Assembly: GCA_047495785.1 (NCBI GenBank) | Contig: JBLDXI010000004.1 | Coordinates: 1,178,001-1,242,000, forward strand | Reading direction: 5' to 3' | DNA: 64,000 bases | Origin: Lepidodermella squamata | Taxonomy: Eukaryota > Animalia > Gastrotricha | Shown: piece by piece, positions 25,593 to 38,675 of the stretch | How the letters are laid out: every line of letters starts with the position of its first letter | Position numbering within the stretch: the stretch's first letter is position 1 | Program-made: the position numbers and the translations under genes | Notes under the pieces: generated by a model | The model's input: only the letters and a program-made list of their open reading frames with translations | Told to the model about the DNA's origin: nothing | The model's database searches: none

Positions 25593-28500
25593 TTAGGTTT
25601 CGCATACTGCGTATGCTATACCATTGCTGCAATCATCTAAATACATGGAAGGAGTGATACCCCAATTGGGAGTCTTTATGTTCGCACATCCATTAGCATA
25701 GAACGAGGAAGCAAACATAGCTTGATCGAATGTGAAAGCCGAACCGTCCGACCATTTGAGAACACCAGCCTCTGGAGCAAGACCCACCCATCCTATGGGT
25801 GGGTAATGCGTTAAAACGTTGACAACGGCGACTGCATCGCTAGGCGTTTTAACAATTGCCAAGATGCTATCCATTTGCGAACACTTTGCAGCTGCAGCTG
25901 GATGACTGAAAGGTAAGCCGGAGCTTTCAATTTTAAACAGAATCCTCCTAGCGTTTCGACACTGCGACTCGCCGCTGAACGAAACATTTGCAGGGAAGCG
26001 TCTCTCAGTGTTGGCGTCACAGCCGCTTGAGCTCGATCGGCAGGTTACTGAACCGTCTGCAGTTCGCAGGCATCGATGGAAAGTGATCTATCAAAAAATA
26101 ATATGTTATCAATCATGTCACTATATATCGTTAGCGACGCGCCAAAACAACCACTTAGATGATTCATTCGATCGTACTTGAAGTCGCCGAACGTAATGAT
26201 AAAGTACGATAGGCCATTTGAGCACTGATTTTTTCTACTCTCGATCGTACTATCCATATAAAATCTATAAATAGTAAAGTGGTTGTTTTGGCGCGCCGCT
26301 AACGATATGTCGTATCGTATAAGGCAATCCCTCCAATTGCCGATAGAGCAATCCGAAAGTTGCTTTTTGCCTGTTTCTTTTGCCATCGGTCTTCAGGTCA
26401 TTGAATTATAATCTAACAAATATTAAAGAGCCCGAATAGCCATATCGATTGGTCTGCTAACATATATATATTATATATGGTGTGGCGCTGTAAAATGAAA
26501 ATACTCTAGGGTAAACAAATTTGAAAAACCAGAGTTATTCAATAACGGTAACGGTACGCCTTTCCCAAGGGATGTTATACTAAAATTATTGGATCTGGCA
26601 ATAGTCCTTCCTACTTCCTAAGAACTATTAGTAGGGGGTGGAAGAGAATATGATTAGATTGGGAAGTTTCAAGGAATAAGGGAATACTCTATGGCTAGCC
26701 ATGTGGAAATATAATTTCCCAACGATCTGGAACCCCGAGCTCTTTTGACTTTTGACGCAGCCAAGCGAATCGAGAGGTTTCATTTTTCAATGGAATTAGC
26801 GCCTTATTAGCGAGCAAATTGTGAAAGAAAATGTCGAAGATTTTCTGGACACTAAAAATGCAAATTTCGGATCCGCGCTGTTTTGACAGTATACTGCTAA
26901 CAATGACGAATTTTCCTTATTCTTTTGCAACGAGATTCGAGATGGATGTTTCGGAGAATACAATTTATCGATGTTTTCGCCATCCATTTCATTTTCACAT
27001 AACAGGGCTAAATCTTCAGTATTTGTTATCTGTAGGCAGGGTTCCGACTAGGTCCAGCATCCAGCAATGAGGGGATAAATCGAGCATTTTGAGATCGAAA
27101 TTTGCAAATCAACGGGGGGGAGGGGCTCTACGTTTTCAAAAGGGGAAGACCCTAACGTTTTCCAACAAATTTCGAACGCCAAGGGGGTTTGTCTACCCCC
27201 CTTACCCCCTGTCGGACCACTGTCTGTAGGCACCAACATTGCTACCTGCAGGAAGAATCCGAAATTCATGGCTACACATTGAAGGTTTGTTAACAAAATT
27301 CTACAGAATAAGAAAAATTTGGCTAAGTTCCAAGTTGGACAAAAATTGGAAGTTTGAAAATTCGCCGAGCCACTTGTTAACAAGAAAGTCGAAGTACGTA
27401 GGAATTGGAAAATGAGGTTAAAATCTGAACTCACCACCGGGGTTGTGTCCGCGATACATTTATCGTGATTCAGCTTGAAGGTGCCCACGTCCGAGAACAG
27501 CTTATCCTGTTATAGTTATAGAAAAACTTTTGATACTGCGAAACCATGCTCTTTGGTTGAGCGTTACCTGAGTTTGGTCTAGAGGACAAGCAGCGTAGCA
27601 AGACGTTCGGTTAGATGAATCCTTGCACGAAACGGCATTCTGTCAAAACAAGAATTTGCAAGCTGCGAAATCAGGTTTGTTAACTCACTCCAAGCTGGCA
27701 AGTTGCACGGTTGATGTAGACTTTGTTCGAGTATTGCTGAGTTTCATTGCTAGCGAAACAGCCAGGGCTTTGCGGACGGCAGTCGTTAAATTTGCGAGAT
27801 GTCGAGTCGAAACAGCGGATGTGAGGCCTTTCGTTTATCGGAACTGTGACTGAAATTCAGAATGTGAGCTTCTTGCGGTAATTTCTCTTAAAATATTTAT
27901 CTTTATTCATCTTGATATATGGCTAACCAGTAAAATCATCGTCGCCTTAGCAATTAAGAAAAAACTTAGCGAATCACTTATGACTCATCGCTAGCAACTA
28001 GCTCCTAGCCAGCCCTATCTAACAACAACCCTCCGTAAATGCAAACACGTGTCTCTCGAACCTTATAGCATTCATGGAGGTCGCACTATAATTTTTGTAA
28101 ATAATTTTCGATGTTCAGTTACTTGGACCAAAATTATTGCTGTTATATAACAGATATCAGAATAACGCACTCAATCCGTTGGTACAAGACGTGAGATTCG
28201 GATACAAAGTTGAATTAGTTGACTCCTGAGAAAACATCACAAATCAAATTGATTAAATATGTAAAAAATTAGCTCACCCAGTTTTCAGGGCATTTGTACG
28301 GGTCAGGGATGCAAGTTTTGATGACGCCATTCGACATGCAGCGCCTGAATTTTAGAGTCTGAAAATGACAAAGGTTAGATCGAATGTCTGATCGGAATCC
28401 TAAATTCCTACCTCGAATGCTGCTCTCAGTTTCTCGCATTCGTTGAGGTTGTATTTCAAGCTCAACGTCGCATTCTGATCACCAAACCAAAACGTCTGAA

Positions 28501-29015
28501 AAAAATCAGAACAATTCAAGAATGAGCAAGAAGTATGATCTTCCTTCATCTCCCTTCGCACCGATTTTTAAGAATTTTTTTTAAAGCTTACATTCATATC
28601 GCCCGGGTTGTTACAGCCGACGTTTCCGGGTACGCAAAACGGGGTGAGAGCCTCGTACTTGTAGCACATTCGACCATTCTATAGACAAATTAAAAGTAAA
28701 ATTGAACATGAAATAGGAGAAGAATAAACGGGCCCCGGTGTTGCAACTGCCGGCTGTTCGGAAAATCGAGCCCCACTATCGATAAAACAGAAAAATTGTA
28801 CTGTCTTGATCTTGACTGAATAAAATTTGAAGAAAGCGGAAAACCTGATATTCGGTTAGTGGATTACAGCCATTGGCAGCTGGATTGCAGCTGGTGAATC
28901 GATTGCTGAACTGCGAGAAGCATCGAACACAGTTAACCGGTTGCGTACTCCATGCTACGTCGCAATAAGCTAGTATCAGTGCCAAAAGTGCAACATTGAA
29001 GCAATAACCAGCCAT
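25593..29015 (-). CDS. Paralog 7: signal peptide + six 4-Cys modules + divergent CTLD, 10 exons
   Basis: MAGYCFNVALL..VRCFSQFSNRF start; last exon 26087-25593 open: ITFHRCLRTADGSVTC..WVGL..WSDGS..YAVCET*. Confidence 0.8.
27037..27222. mobile_element. hAT-type MITE in last intron of paralog 7
   Basis: TIRs CAGGGTTCCGAC / GTCGGACCACTG; perfect 8-bp TSD TCTGTAGG. Confidence 0.8.
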
Positions 29016-29545
29016 TTTGTTGAGCAAATCTTGGTGAAAAAGGTCGAAAATATTTTCAAATCGAACGAAAATCAGTCAAACTAAGTGTGGCGACCTGAGA
29101 AAATAGGACTCTTTCAAATGATATTCGGATTAAACAACACTCGTCCTATTTCACTGTGGACAACGATTATGTCCTCCTCGTTCAATTATCAAGCAGGCAG
29201 TTTAGAAATAATCGCGTGGTTCTAAAACCAGAGCGTTTCGACAATTTGATAATTGGCAAAGAAATTGTCTTGTCCTATTTCTCTCATTCTTAAAAAGCCA
29301 CGTTTTGCCACAAAAATCGTCCTCTCTTGCTTTTTAGCGAATAAATTGGAACTTCGGACTCCTGAGGACAAGGTCATTTTCCATTTTCAATCGACATGAA
29401 ATTTTACTAATAAAGTACGATTGATAATTATTTTGCCTCGCATTTTTTTAATAACTCCGTAACCATGAGGATTATCTTGGAGCGGGTTTCACCAGCCGAT
29501 CCTTGCAACTCACAACTTTCTTTTATTTAGTAAATCGGTACTTGA

Positions 29546-32500
29546 TCACTTTATCAGCGATATGTAGTAAGCAGATAGACACAAATAGATCGCCAACGTC
29601 AAAGAGCACATGACAAGATCGCCAGCTCGAAGCACCGTCATCCTGCCCCATTTGCCGCATAAATAGATTCGACTTTTCAGCCGTCTAGCCATCACTTTGT
29701 CCTTAATCAAGTTCGCAGTCACGAAATAGTAGATCGTAACCAGAGCAGTCAAAAAGCTTTTAAGCAGCAGAAAATCGACAAAATTGATGCGTTGCGGGGT
29801 GTGTGGTACGCGCCGAGCTACGTCCACCTGAGCGAAAACAAAAGCGAGTAGGATTGTCGCTGCGAACTCAGGCCTCTCCTTTTTGCTAGGCGGGATCACG
29901 AAACTTCCAATAACAATAGCCATCAAAATTTGGCACGGCGCCAAAATTGAGGTGACGTAATAATTTGGATTTCTCGCAAATTCCAGCCGGAACATTGCGT
30001 AGCCTGATCGCCCATACTTCAACGTTGGCGATTCAGTAATTCCTGATTCGTTGTAAGTCCTGACCAGCATCCAAATGCTGTTATCGTTGATGTTAGGCTG
30101 TAGCAGCGTCGTGAATAGAAATGTGACAAAAGCTTCAGGCTCTCGAAGTGCAAAGTAGAAATCACACCATTGCCGGTCGAATGGAAAATTTGTTAGGTCT
30201 ATAGTGCATTTCGAGTGCATCGAGTGCTGCCGGTTCCAGTAGAAGTACATGGTTCGGTTCGGTTCGGTGGGGTAGTACTGGATTTGGATATCACTGCCGA
30301 TTTGAAGCGATTTATTGCTCATGTAAATGTCACTCGTGCTATTCATCATCAGGAGCTAAAAATGAAGGAAAAATAGAATAAATTGAACGAATTAGAAATA
30401 TTTTGATCTCCTATTTTCATTAAATTTTATCAAAAATGGAATTTTTTCCATTTTGTCAACCAACTTTTCGTAGTAATTCTCCATTTTCCAATGAGTTTTG
30501 GGATTTTCGCAATGCTAATGTTTTCAAATTCCGAAATACAAATTTTGGACTAGCATTTATCTGATTTTTTGAAATATTTTAATTTCCGATTATTTTAGTT
30601 ATAGTGGTTTATTTCTCACATCAGGGTGCCAAACCAGGGAAGCATCAGTGACGATAACTCGCTCAGCTTGCATCGCACCTGGGACTGTGGTATCACTCGG
30701 ACACACCGTGCTTTTCCACAGCAAATTTGTAGTCGCAGTAATGGAGATAGTTTGCTTCAAATCGTCGACATCCAAGATTCTGTCAACTGAAAACGTGAAA
30801 ATGACCTTTGAAGTCGCTGAACCTTGCGATGATCTAGAATCGGGTTGAATATACGGGCATTCCAACAGCTCTTCCAGAACTACAGTCGGAATTGCGCTGC
30901 CCAGTTGAAGGTTCGGGGTGTAGCTGTAATTCTGCGTCAATCCGTTGACAAGAGACGCAAAAACTTCATCGCCATCAAAATCTGAACTTAACGCTTGTGA
31001 TTGGCTGGTTGACCCATCAGTTGATGATATAGCTTGGATACTCGTTATAGAGCCTTGTTGGTAAATTGTCATAGGCAGAGATTGGATTGGCGAAGTTCCA
31101 GGTGCCAGGCTGTAACCAACCGTGGAATTTAAGATCTGAGTGGCTGTAGTGACTGAACCTGCGCTTGGAGCAACACTGATACTTCCGGAACTAGTAGAAC
31201 CTAGAAGAAAGCTCGAGGTTATTGACTGTTGAGATGAGCTCCCCGCATTAGTTCCAACGCTCGAGGAACCAATCGATTGAACCAACGTTGAGCCTTGATT
31301 GCTCGAACTTTGAGTTGAAGATTGGACAACTGAACTAGGTACAACAATCGAGCTCAACGAAGCTGCCATTGAGCTCAACGGGCTGCTCGTAGTTGGGTTA
31401 GAACTTCCTACTGAGCTGGATAATGCTGTCGAGGTATCCGAAGTTATCAAACTTGAAGATGACGGACCTTCTGAGCTGGAGCTTGTAAAAATCGAATTTT
31501 GGCTTGAAGAATCAGCAGTAGAGGAAGATTCGATTTGGCTAGAAGAATACGTTGAGCCAGGGTCTTGAGTTGCCGGATTCAGAAATGGAACAGAGACTGT
31601 TTCCGAAGTAGGAGACGTAGACTGAAGAGCTGAAATCGAGGAGATCGAAGGGCTTGTTGCTTGGGTTGACGAACTTGTTTGTTGGCTCGATAATGAAGTC
31701 ATCAATGATGAGGTTGAGATGCTCAGGCTAGAAGACGTCGCAACTCCGGTGGAAAGGCTCGAAGCTGTTGAACCGAGGCTTGAAGTTGTTAAACTCGATG
31801 ATGAAGCAGACTGGGTAGTAATTACAGTTGTCGATTGAGTCGTAGTCGAAGTTGTAGAAGTCGGGCAAACTATTGCTGAAGAATTACTCGATAAAGCATC
31901 GATTTGAAACACCGAAAGCTGCGAAACAGTGACGGCGTAGTTGTTGTTCTGCCGAGTCACGTGACTCATTTGAAAATCTAGCCCAGCGACCAGTGAGCTC
32001 CCGAACCACGGAACAGGCCAATTGTTGAAGCAAACAACCGGCGTCGATGTGTTTGATGCCGCGAATGTGACTAGCAGGTCGTCATTAACAATTTGAATCG
32101 TGAATATTGCCCCGCTTTGAAGTTGAGCGACTGAAGCAGTGCATCGAGCGCAGGATATTTGATAGGGCGGTGGGTACAGTGGGGTTGAAGTTAAGCTGAC
32201 CGAATAAATCGGGTAAATATCGACTGATGTTGTACCCCTGGCTGCAAGGACTAGAAACAGGCCGGAACCAGTGATCATGTCGGAATTCGAGGATCCAACT
32301 GGTAAATTTAGAAATTCAATAAAATTAGATTGAGAATTGAAGGAAAATAGAAAAAATTTGAACCCTTGGAATTGAACAGAAAATTCCATTCAAAATTAGT
32401 AAAAAAAATAATTTGTTTGAATTTTTATAATTTATTAGTAATAGGAATTTATTAGCTTTGAATTTGTACATTTAAGAAATTTTCAAAAAACGTTTCAAAT

Positions 32501-34720
32501 AAATGAAAAAATATTCTATCAACCAACTTATTGAGACGGGTGAATTTCGTGGTGTTACACCAACTGCGAATCTCGAACCATCAGGTGTCGCAGCATTGAT
32601 AGACGTCCCAGATTCCCATTTGACAGTAAATTCAAATCTCACATTTGGCCCTGATGCAGGTACAACTGAATAAATAGCACGGCTTTCAATGAAATTAACG
32701 TTGCTGAAACCGAATTTAGGTCCGCCTGAACTCGTCCAATCAACATCTCCAGTCGACGTCCATCTCGCAGCTTGGCAAATGCTGTTGCCCGATGTGAAAG
32801 AAAAATTTGCCATGTAATCAACAGTTCTTGTTTGGAGGTCTGGCAACCCTGCCAGGTAGTAATTCGGCTGATTTGGCGGGGTTGCGGGTAAACTAGCTGT
32901 TGCATTCATGCCGAAGATGTTGAGCTTGATGACTTTCAAACTCGCCAACTGGTTGCGAAACGCAGCAAAGTTGAACGATGGCATTGGAATCGACGAAGAC
33001 ATGGCTGTTGCGAGTCCTGTCACAGGTTCATTCGACAAACAGTGCGAAACGGTAGTTACGCCATTTGAATCAGTTGTAGCCAGTGCAACCTTTTGAATAA
33101 AATAAAAATAAAACTCGGAGGATCCTCGAGCTAAGGGGTACTCGGCCCCGAGTTTATCGGACCAAAAGGTCCCGCCCTCTGTGGTTTTTGGGGTTTTCTC
33201 TCCTAGACCTCTCGGTCTGGGGTGTACATGGTACGGTACACGGTACTTCCGTATAGTCCCTGTACTTCTCACAATGGACTGGTTTTCTCATCATATCTCA
33301 GCAGGCAGTGTGCGAAGTAGGATCCGGGTGCTGAGGTGTTTTCTAGAAAGTTTCTAGCACCCAGTCGAAGAAACCAAAGCCCCCCCCCCCCCCCCCCCCC
33401 TCCCCTGTTGTTTTTTCAGCCTTCCTCTGTTTGAAATCCCAGAGCTGGGGTGTCGCGACACCCCAGCACCCCTGTACTTCGCACCCTGTCAGCGGGGGTT
33501 TTCAAGAAAATCCTGGACCTTTGCTTTTCAACTTGAAGTTCACGTGGATCCATAGGATTAGCATTGATGAGCATTCCACATCAATCCGCTAATATTACTT
33601 CTAACATCATCAGTACTTTTTGATGCCCAATCGAAATTTGAGACTAATTTCTGTCCTTTCTTCCCTTAGTTGCAATCACTAACGCTCTTCGAAATGTAAA
33701 TTGGAAACTTCAACTTAGATACACAAGCTAGATTCTGATTATTGGCAAGCTCACCGGTGCTTTGGTTCCAAGCGTTAGTAAACAGCTACGTCTGCTATGC
33801 CCTAAAAGCCTTAATGCAGATGGTCGATAATAGAGATGATAATGTGAATGGATCCGGTTTTTCAGATTTACGACACTCAGCTTATCATTTATTCAGTGGA
33901 ACCTTATTGATTTATACGTGAGGCTCTGAAATGGCGATTTTGAAGCTAATGCGAAGTCGAAAAAAGCGAAAATTCCAGAAACTCTAGCCAAAAAATCTTA
34001 CCGATAGCAAATCTCGGATGACTTGAACAATGAAGTAGTACTGATAGGTTCCATTCGTGGGTAAGGCCTGGTTGCAGCTCGAACAGGTCGGCCACAAACC
34101 GGTTACATTAGGCGGGAAAAAGCCGGTGTAAACAGAGGATGAGAAAATACCAGACATTTTAGAGGCCTGGTTATTGGGGCAGAATTGATTCCACAGCGAC
34201 ATGCCCTTCAAATTTTTGACTGTGTCATTCGCTGTTCGGTGGAAAAAGTTCAAATGAATCAGAGACGAATTTAAAGTCTACTTACTGTTGACTGTGAGCA
34301 CGGATATAGGATTTGTCACAAGCATTGCGAAAGTTGCGCATTTCGATGAAGCAGACACGTTGGCAACATTTCCGAATTCTATCAAAGCTTCGACCCGAAA
34401 ATTTGTGGTAATACCAAACCCCTTTTATTTATAAAATCTATCTATCGAAAATTGGCTTGATTCACAAAACAAACCGTTTGAATCCATGTGCTGTTCGATG
34501 TGAAAAGGGGCGAAGCCATTTGGTAGCCGTTAGACATGTTTTGACCAGGCAGCCATTGAATCCAGTTAGCGATGGCTCCAGTTGAGTAGTCGAAGGAGAA
34601 CTGCGGGATGTGATAGCAAGTCGGATGGGTGATGGGGAGCGGTAGCAAATCAGGGCGAGGCGTTGAGCCCCAGCCAAACGGGTAAAAGCAAAGCAAAACG
34701 GCGAAAATCAGCGAATTCAT
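29546..34720 (-). CDS. Giant (~1220 aa) Cys-loop pentameric ligand-gated ion channel subunit, nAChR-like, with N-terminal tandem beta-rich domains and Ser/Thr-rich stalk
   Basis: Exons 34720-34475, 34421-34286, 34231-34002, 33089-32528, 32298-30620, 30355-29546 = 3663 nt, in frame. Signal peptide; WHPD motif; Cys-loop C-TIDLTNFPFDRQW-C; R-x-P-x-YYV pre-M1; four hydrophobic segments. The stalk and the start of the channel ECD are in one exon. Confidence 0.85.
30980..31865 (-). repeat. Low-complexity Ser/Thr-rich (mucin-like) coding stalk, ~295 aa
   Basis: PTSTTSTTTQSTT...SQSQALSS; no Cys, few charged or aromatic residues. Confidence 0.85.
33306..33488. mobile_element. hAT-type MITE (same TIR family as 6030-6183); a truncated relative lies at ~33118-33275
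   Basis: TIRs CAGTGTGCGAAGTA / TACTTCGCACCCTG; TSD TCAGCAGG/TCAGCGGG (7/8). Confidence 0.75.
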
Positions 34721-35135
34721 AATTGGCTATTTGAGAATGTTCAAAACACAGTCTGTCGCGATTTGTTTCGCTGAACATGTCTACTCAGATATTACGAGGG
34801 CGTTTCGCCGTGGTCAGCGTGAATTATTAATGATTTGAAGCTTCGCGCCACTCTTCGCTTGATGAGTAGTCGACTCAATCATTCTAAAATATGTTTTTCA
34901 TGTTCGAAAATTGATCTTTACCCCTTTTCGAGGGCAAACATGTCTTACTTTCTAGTTCTTTAACGCTATTTTATTCGTACTGGAAACTCGCGAACCTTCA
35001 AGAGAGCAGCTTCGATGAGTTTGCGATGTGAATCACAAATTTAATGGGAATTGATAGAACTCTTCAAAATATGCCGAATTCCATTTCGAAGTTTTACTTT
35101 TACTTCAGGCACATCTCACCAATCATTTTGAAATT

Positions 35136-37390
35136 TCACTGAAATGACTCGCATAAAGCGTATGGTCGTTGATCGCCACGATGAGTAGAAAGAGCTGTCA
35201 GATGCTGGCACCATAAAGACGCAGCCATCACTAACTTGGCCACATTGGCAGCCACATGGCAGCCATCACATTGATCGGCAACAAATGCGAAATTGGAGCC
35301 ATCGTCCCACGTCCCACTTGAATGCGCCATTCGACCGAGTGAGCGCGATCCAGGCCTGGGAGTTGAGTTGTGGAGAATTCAACACTCGCCTAGCCTCAGC
35401 AAGTTCCGCATCTGACCTGATCGTGGCTAAGGTACGCCCGGTGTTGGCGCATGCGTTTGCCGCGTCACTTTTAGCAGCATCTTCGCTCAATTCCTCAGGG
35501 GTGTAAGACTTAACCACAGACGTACAGCGGGTCTTGTCCGGATAGATGGCATTAGCCGGGATTCGAAGCTGGCTAGCTGCATCGCAGTATTCGCAACACA
35601 TTGAACTGTGCCGTCACTGTTGCCAACGCAACGGTAATAGGCCGCCTGCAAAAAAAATGACAAGGTAACACTCTTCAATTCAAAATCTATTAAAGTTCAA
35701 CCCCTAACATCGCTTAAGTTTGCTTGGCGAGGATGAGCGAAAAATCAATGGTCCGCTCTCGGTCAGTCTGGAAGGTAAATAGAGCATTTTTGAGGTCAAA
35801 ATTCACAAATCATTGGTTGGGAAGTTTTTTTGCAAAATTCGGATAAAAGGACAAGGGAGGTTATTTCCCATCTTACCCCCGTACCGAAACACTCCCCTGT
35901 CTCAAAAAAGCCTAACAAAGATTTTAGGCTCTTTTGAAACCAGATTTTGCTTATCTAAAAGAATTTTTTATCGAATCTATAGGAAAATTATAGACTTTTT
36001 TAAAGCAAATTTGTAAAGCAAACCCACCGCAGGGGGTGATATATCATCGATGCACATGTCATGATTCAGTTGGAAGGTCTGCAAGTCCGAGAACAGCTTA
36101 ACCTGTTTTAGAAAGCAGTTGTTAGTGGCGACGCTAATAGCCATGCCTGCGTGAGGTCTCGAGGGCAGGATGCGTAGCAAGACAGCTTTTGCGAAGCATC
36201 TTTGCATGAAACAGCATTCTGGACGATCAACGATTAGGTGGCGCAATTTTGAAAGGTTATAACTTACTCCTAGCAGGCAAGTCTCGCGATTGATGTAAAC
36301 TGTAAACTCTGGTCGAGTACTGCTGAGTCTCAATGCTTGCGTAACAGCCAGTGCTCTGCAGTCGGCAGTCGTTGAACTTTCCGGTGGTCGAATAGAAACA
36401 GCGAACGTGAGGCTTTTCGGTATCCGGAACAGCCACTGAAATAGCCTGGCTATTTCACTATGACAGCTTTGTGACTTGTTGCTAAGCAACAAGTCACAAA
36501 GCTGTCATAGTAAGCTCAATATATCCATTAACCCTCTCCGTATGTACAAGACGCAAGAGTGGAATACACAGTCGTTTCGGTGACCTATAGTCAAAAAATA
36601 AGGTAATCATCACGAAACCAAAGAACATGCGGCTCCGTCGATATTGCTCACCCAGTTGTTGGGGAAGTGATACAGGTCTGGAACACCGGTGACATTGTTC
36701 GAGCTGCAACGCCTGAATTGCAAACTCTGAAAAACTATAGAGTGCGAATCGTGAAACATTTGTAAAATTTCAAATTCTAACATTGAACACAGCTCGATAT
36801 TTTTCGCACTTGTTGAGGTTGAATCTCACACGAGTAGATTAAGATTCCAAACAAAAGCAACTGAAAAATCGGAAAAGCGATTAGAAGAAAAACTTCACAT
36901 TACCCGTTAATATTTTAGAAAAATTGGCTTTGAGAAACTAGAAGAATTTTTGGCGAAATCGGCGTAAAAGCTATCAGCAAATAAAATAAAATAACAATCA
37001 TCAAGAATTAAAGAGCTCGAATTAGGAAATTTAATCTGATTGAATCGGCCCTACCGTCATTTCGCCCAGTTTATTACAGCCGACGTTACCAGGCACACAA
37101 ACGGGGTCGGCGCCTCGAATTTTTAGCACATTCGACCATGCTTCATAGACAAATTATGGTGATTCATATAGTCAATTTAGCAGATGAAGAAAATTACCCC
37201 ACGGCTGCAAGCGCCTGGTTTTCGGAAAACCGGTCCCAACTATTCAAATCGAAAATGTATAGTATGGAAATTAAATGAAGGCGAACCTGGTATTCAGTGA
37301 GAGGATTACAGGCATCGACAGCCTCGTCGCTTGAAGCCACTATCAGTGCCAACAGAAAAGTCCGCCTTTTGATAATAAACTGGAATAACT
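35136..37390 (-). pseudogene. Paralog 8: decayed family member
   Basis: No ATG; exon 1 lacks the WVRCFSQ segment; TAA in exon 3 (37123-37125); 7-bp duplications at 36294-36307 and 35304-35317; other frameshifts. Confidence 0.85.
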
Positions 37391-37399
37391 CGATCGAAA

Positions 37400-37554
37400 C
37401 AGTGCTCCGAGTACGGGGGGGAAGGGGGGTAAACAACCCCCCCTGGCGTTCGAAAATTTCTGAATAACGTAAGGGTCCCCCCTGTTGATTTGCTAATTTT
37501 GGGCTCAAAATGGCTCTATTTACCCCCTCAGAGCTGGACCTAGTCGGATCACTG
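37400..37554. mobile_element. hAT-type MITE at the 5' end of paralog 8 (related to 27037-27222)
   Basis: TIRs CAGTGCTCCGAGTA / TAGTCGGATCACTG; perfect 8-bp TSD GATCGAAA. Confidence 0.8.
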
Positions 37555-38457
37555 GATCGAAATAAACAAATGAATAAATAAGTGAACGGTCACGCGTCGA
37601 TTTGTCTGAGTAGAGAGTAGAGCAAGGTTTCTAAAAATAGTTCATTCAAAACTGTCTGCAAAACAGCACGCGCTTTCGATTTTTCAACCTAAATCGAAGC
37701 GGGATGCGGCGATAGATACCCGCGCGCGTGCTAGACTTGTTTATCATTTTTTCGGCGGCGATAACATAAACAAAATCTCTTATAACTTTCACGCCTTTTT
37801 TATTAAGTTTCCTCAAGAATCTACAGTGTTAAATTGAACCAGTGAACCATTCGGTTGCTAGATTGAGGATATAACAGAATTCAATAGAAAAACGCAAAGT
37901 TATGATTTTCTTTCTTGCTTAAAAAAGCCTCTTTTCCCCATCCACGGAGCCTCAGCAAAGCGAAGGTGGGTGCTGAGTTCAGCCCTAATTTAGGAAAACA
38001 CCTATAGAAATTCGATCCTTGCCTCTCATGTCTGTCTGTGTAATATCAAACCGTCTGGCAATATCGATTTCAGTCCGCTGTCTTACTCGCCAATAAACAA
38101 AGCTCATTTCGCAAAACGTTGTATCTCATCACGTTACAAATAAAAAAATGGCTTTAAATTTATACCTTATTTTAGTGTTAAACACTTTGATCGTTTCAAC
38201 AGTATGTCTAAGTAAGTTTTATTAGCCGAATTTTTACACTTTTTGCATTTATTTTATTAAGAATCAGCTCGAGAAACATTCACGGCTGATATGATATGCA
38301 AAATAGCTGGGAAACGGCTCGGTTGCCGCTTGCCCCAGATGAACCACCTCGATTTCCGAACTGCCATGACAAATATCGTCAACCGCATGGAGGCGGCAAA
38401 AGCTAGAGCCGACGCCTTTGCGAAGTGCGTCATATCGGCTGTTTCCAGCGACCGCGT

Positions 38458-38581
38458 CATGCGGCTGGCCTACCATCAGGACGTTTGTGTTCGCCGAATT
38501 CTATCCGAAGAAATGCGCTCGCCGCGCTCATCAGCTTCTGCTAGAGTTGTGGCTTTTAAGAATCTTTTCAACCAAGCTTAA
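38458..38581 (+). repeat. Dispersed ~124-bp repeat, second copy at 61192-61315
   Basis: Near-identical CATGCGGCTGGCCTACCA...CAAGCTTAA at both loci; family unidentified. Confidence 0.75.
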
Positions 38582-38675
38582 GATGCTATAAATATGTCAT
38601 CAATAAATTTGAGATTGGCATGCAACAGCTGTCGAAAAGAGGAAAATTCAACATAAAATTTTTTTTCGCGTTGTA

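Noticed and set aside
32472-33272. ORF-track N-terminus MRSTGTIRKY.. as a separate gene
   Set aside because: First 61 codons are intronic MITE-derived sequence; the exon starts at the AG acceptor before 33089.
38257-38581. 96-aa ORF MICKIAGK..
   Set aside because: Overlaps a dispersed repeat; no family recognised.
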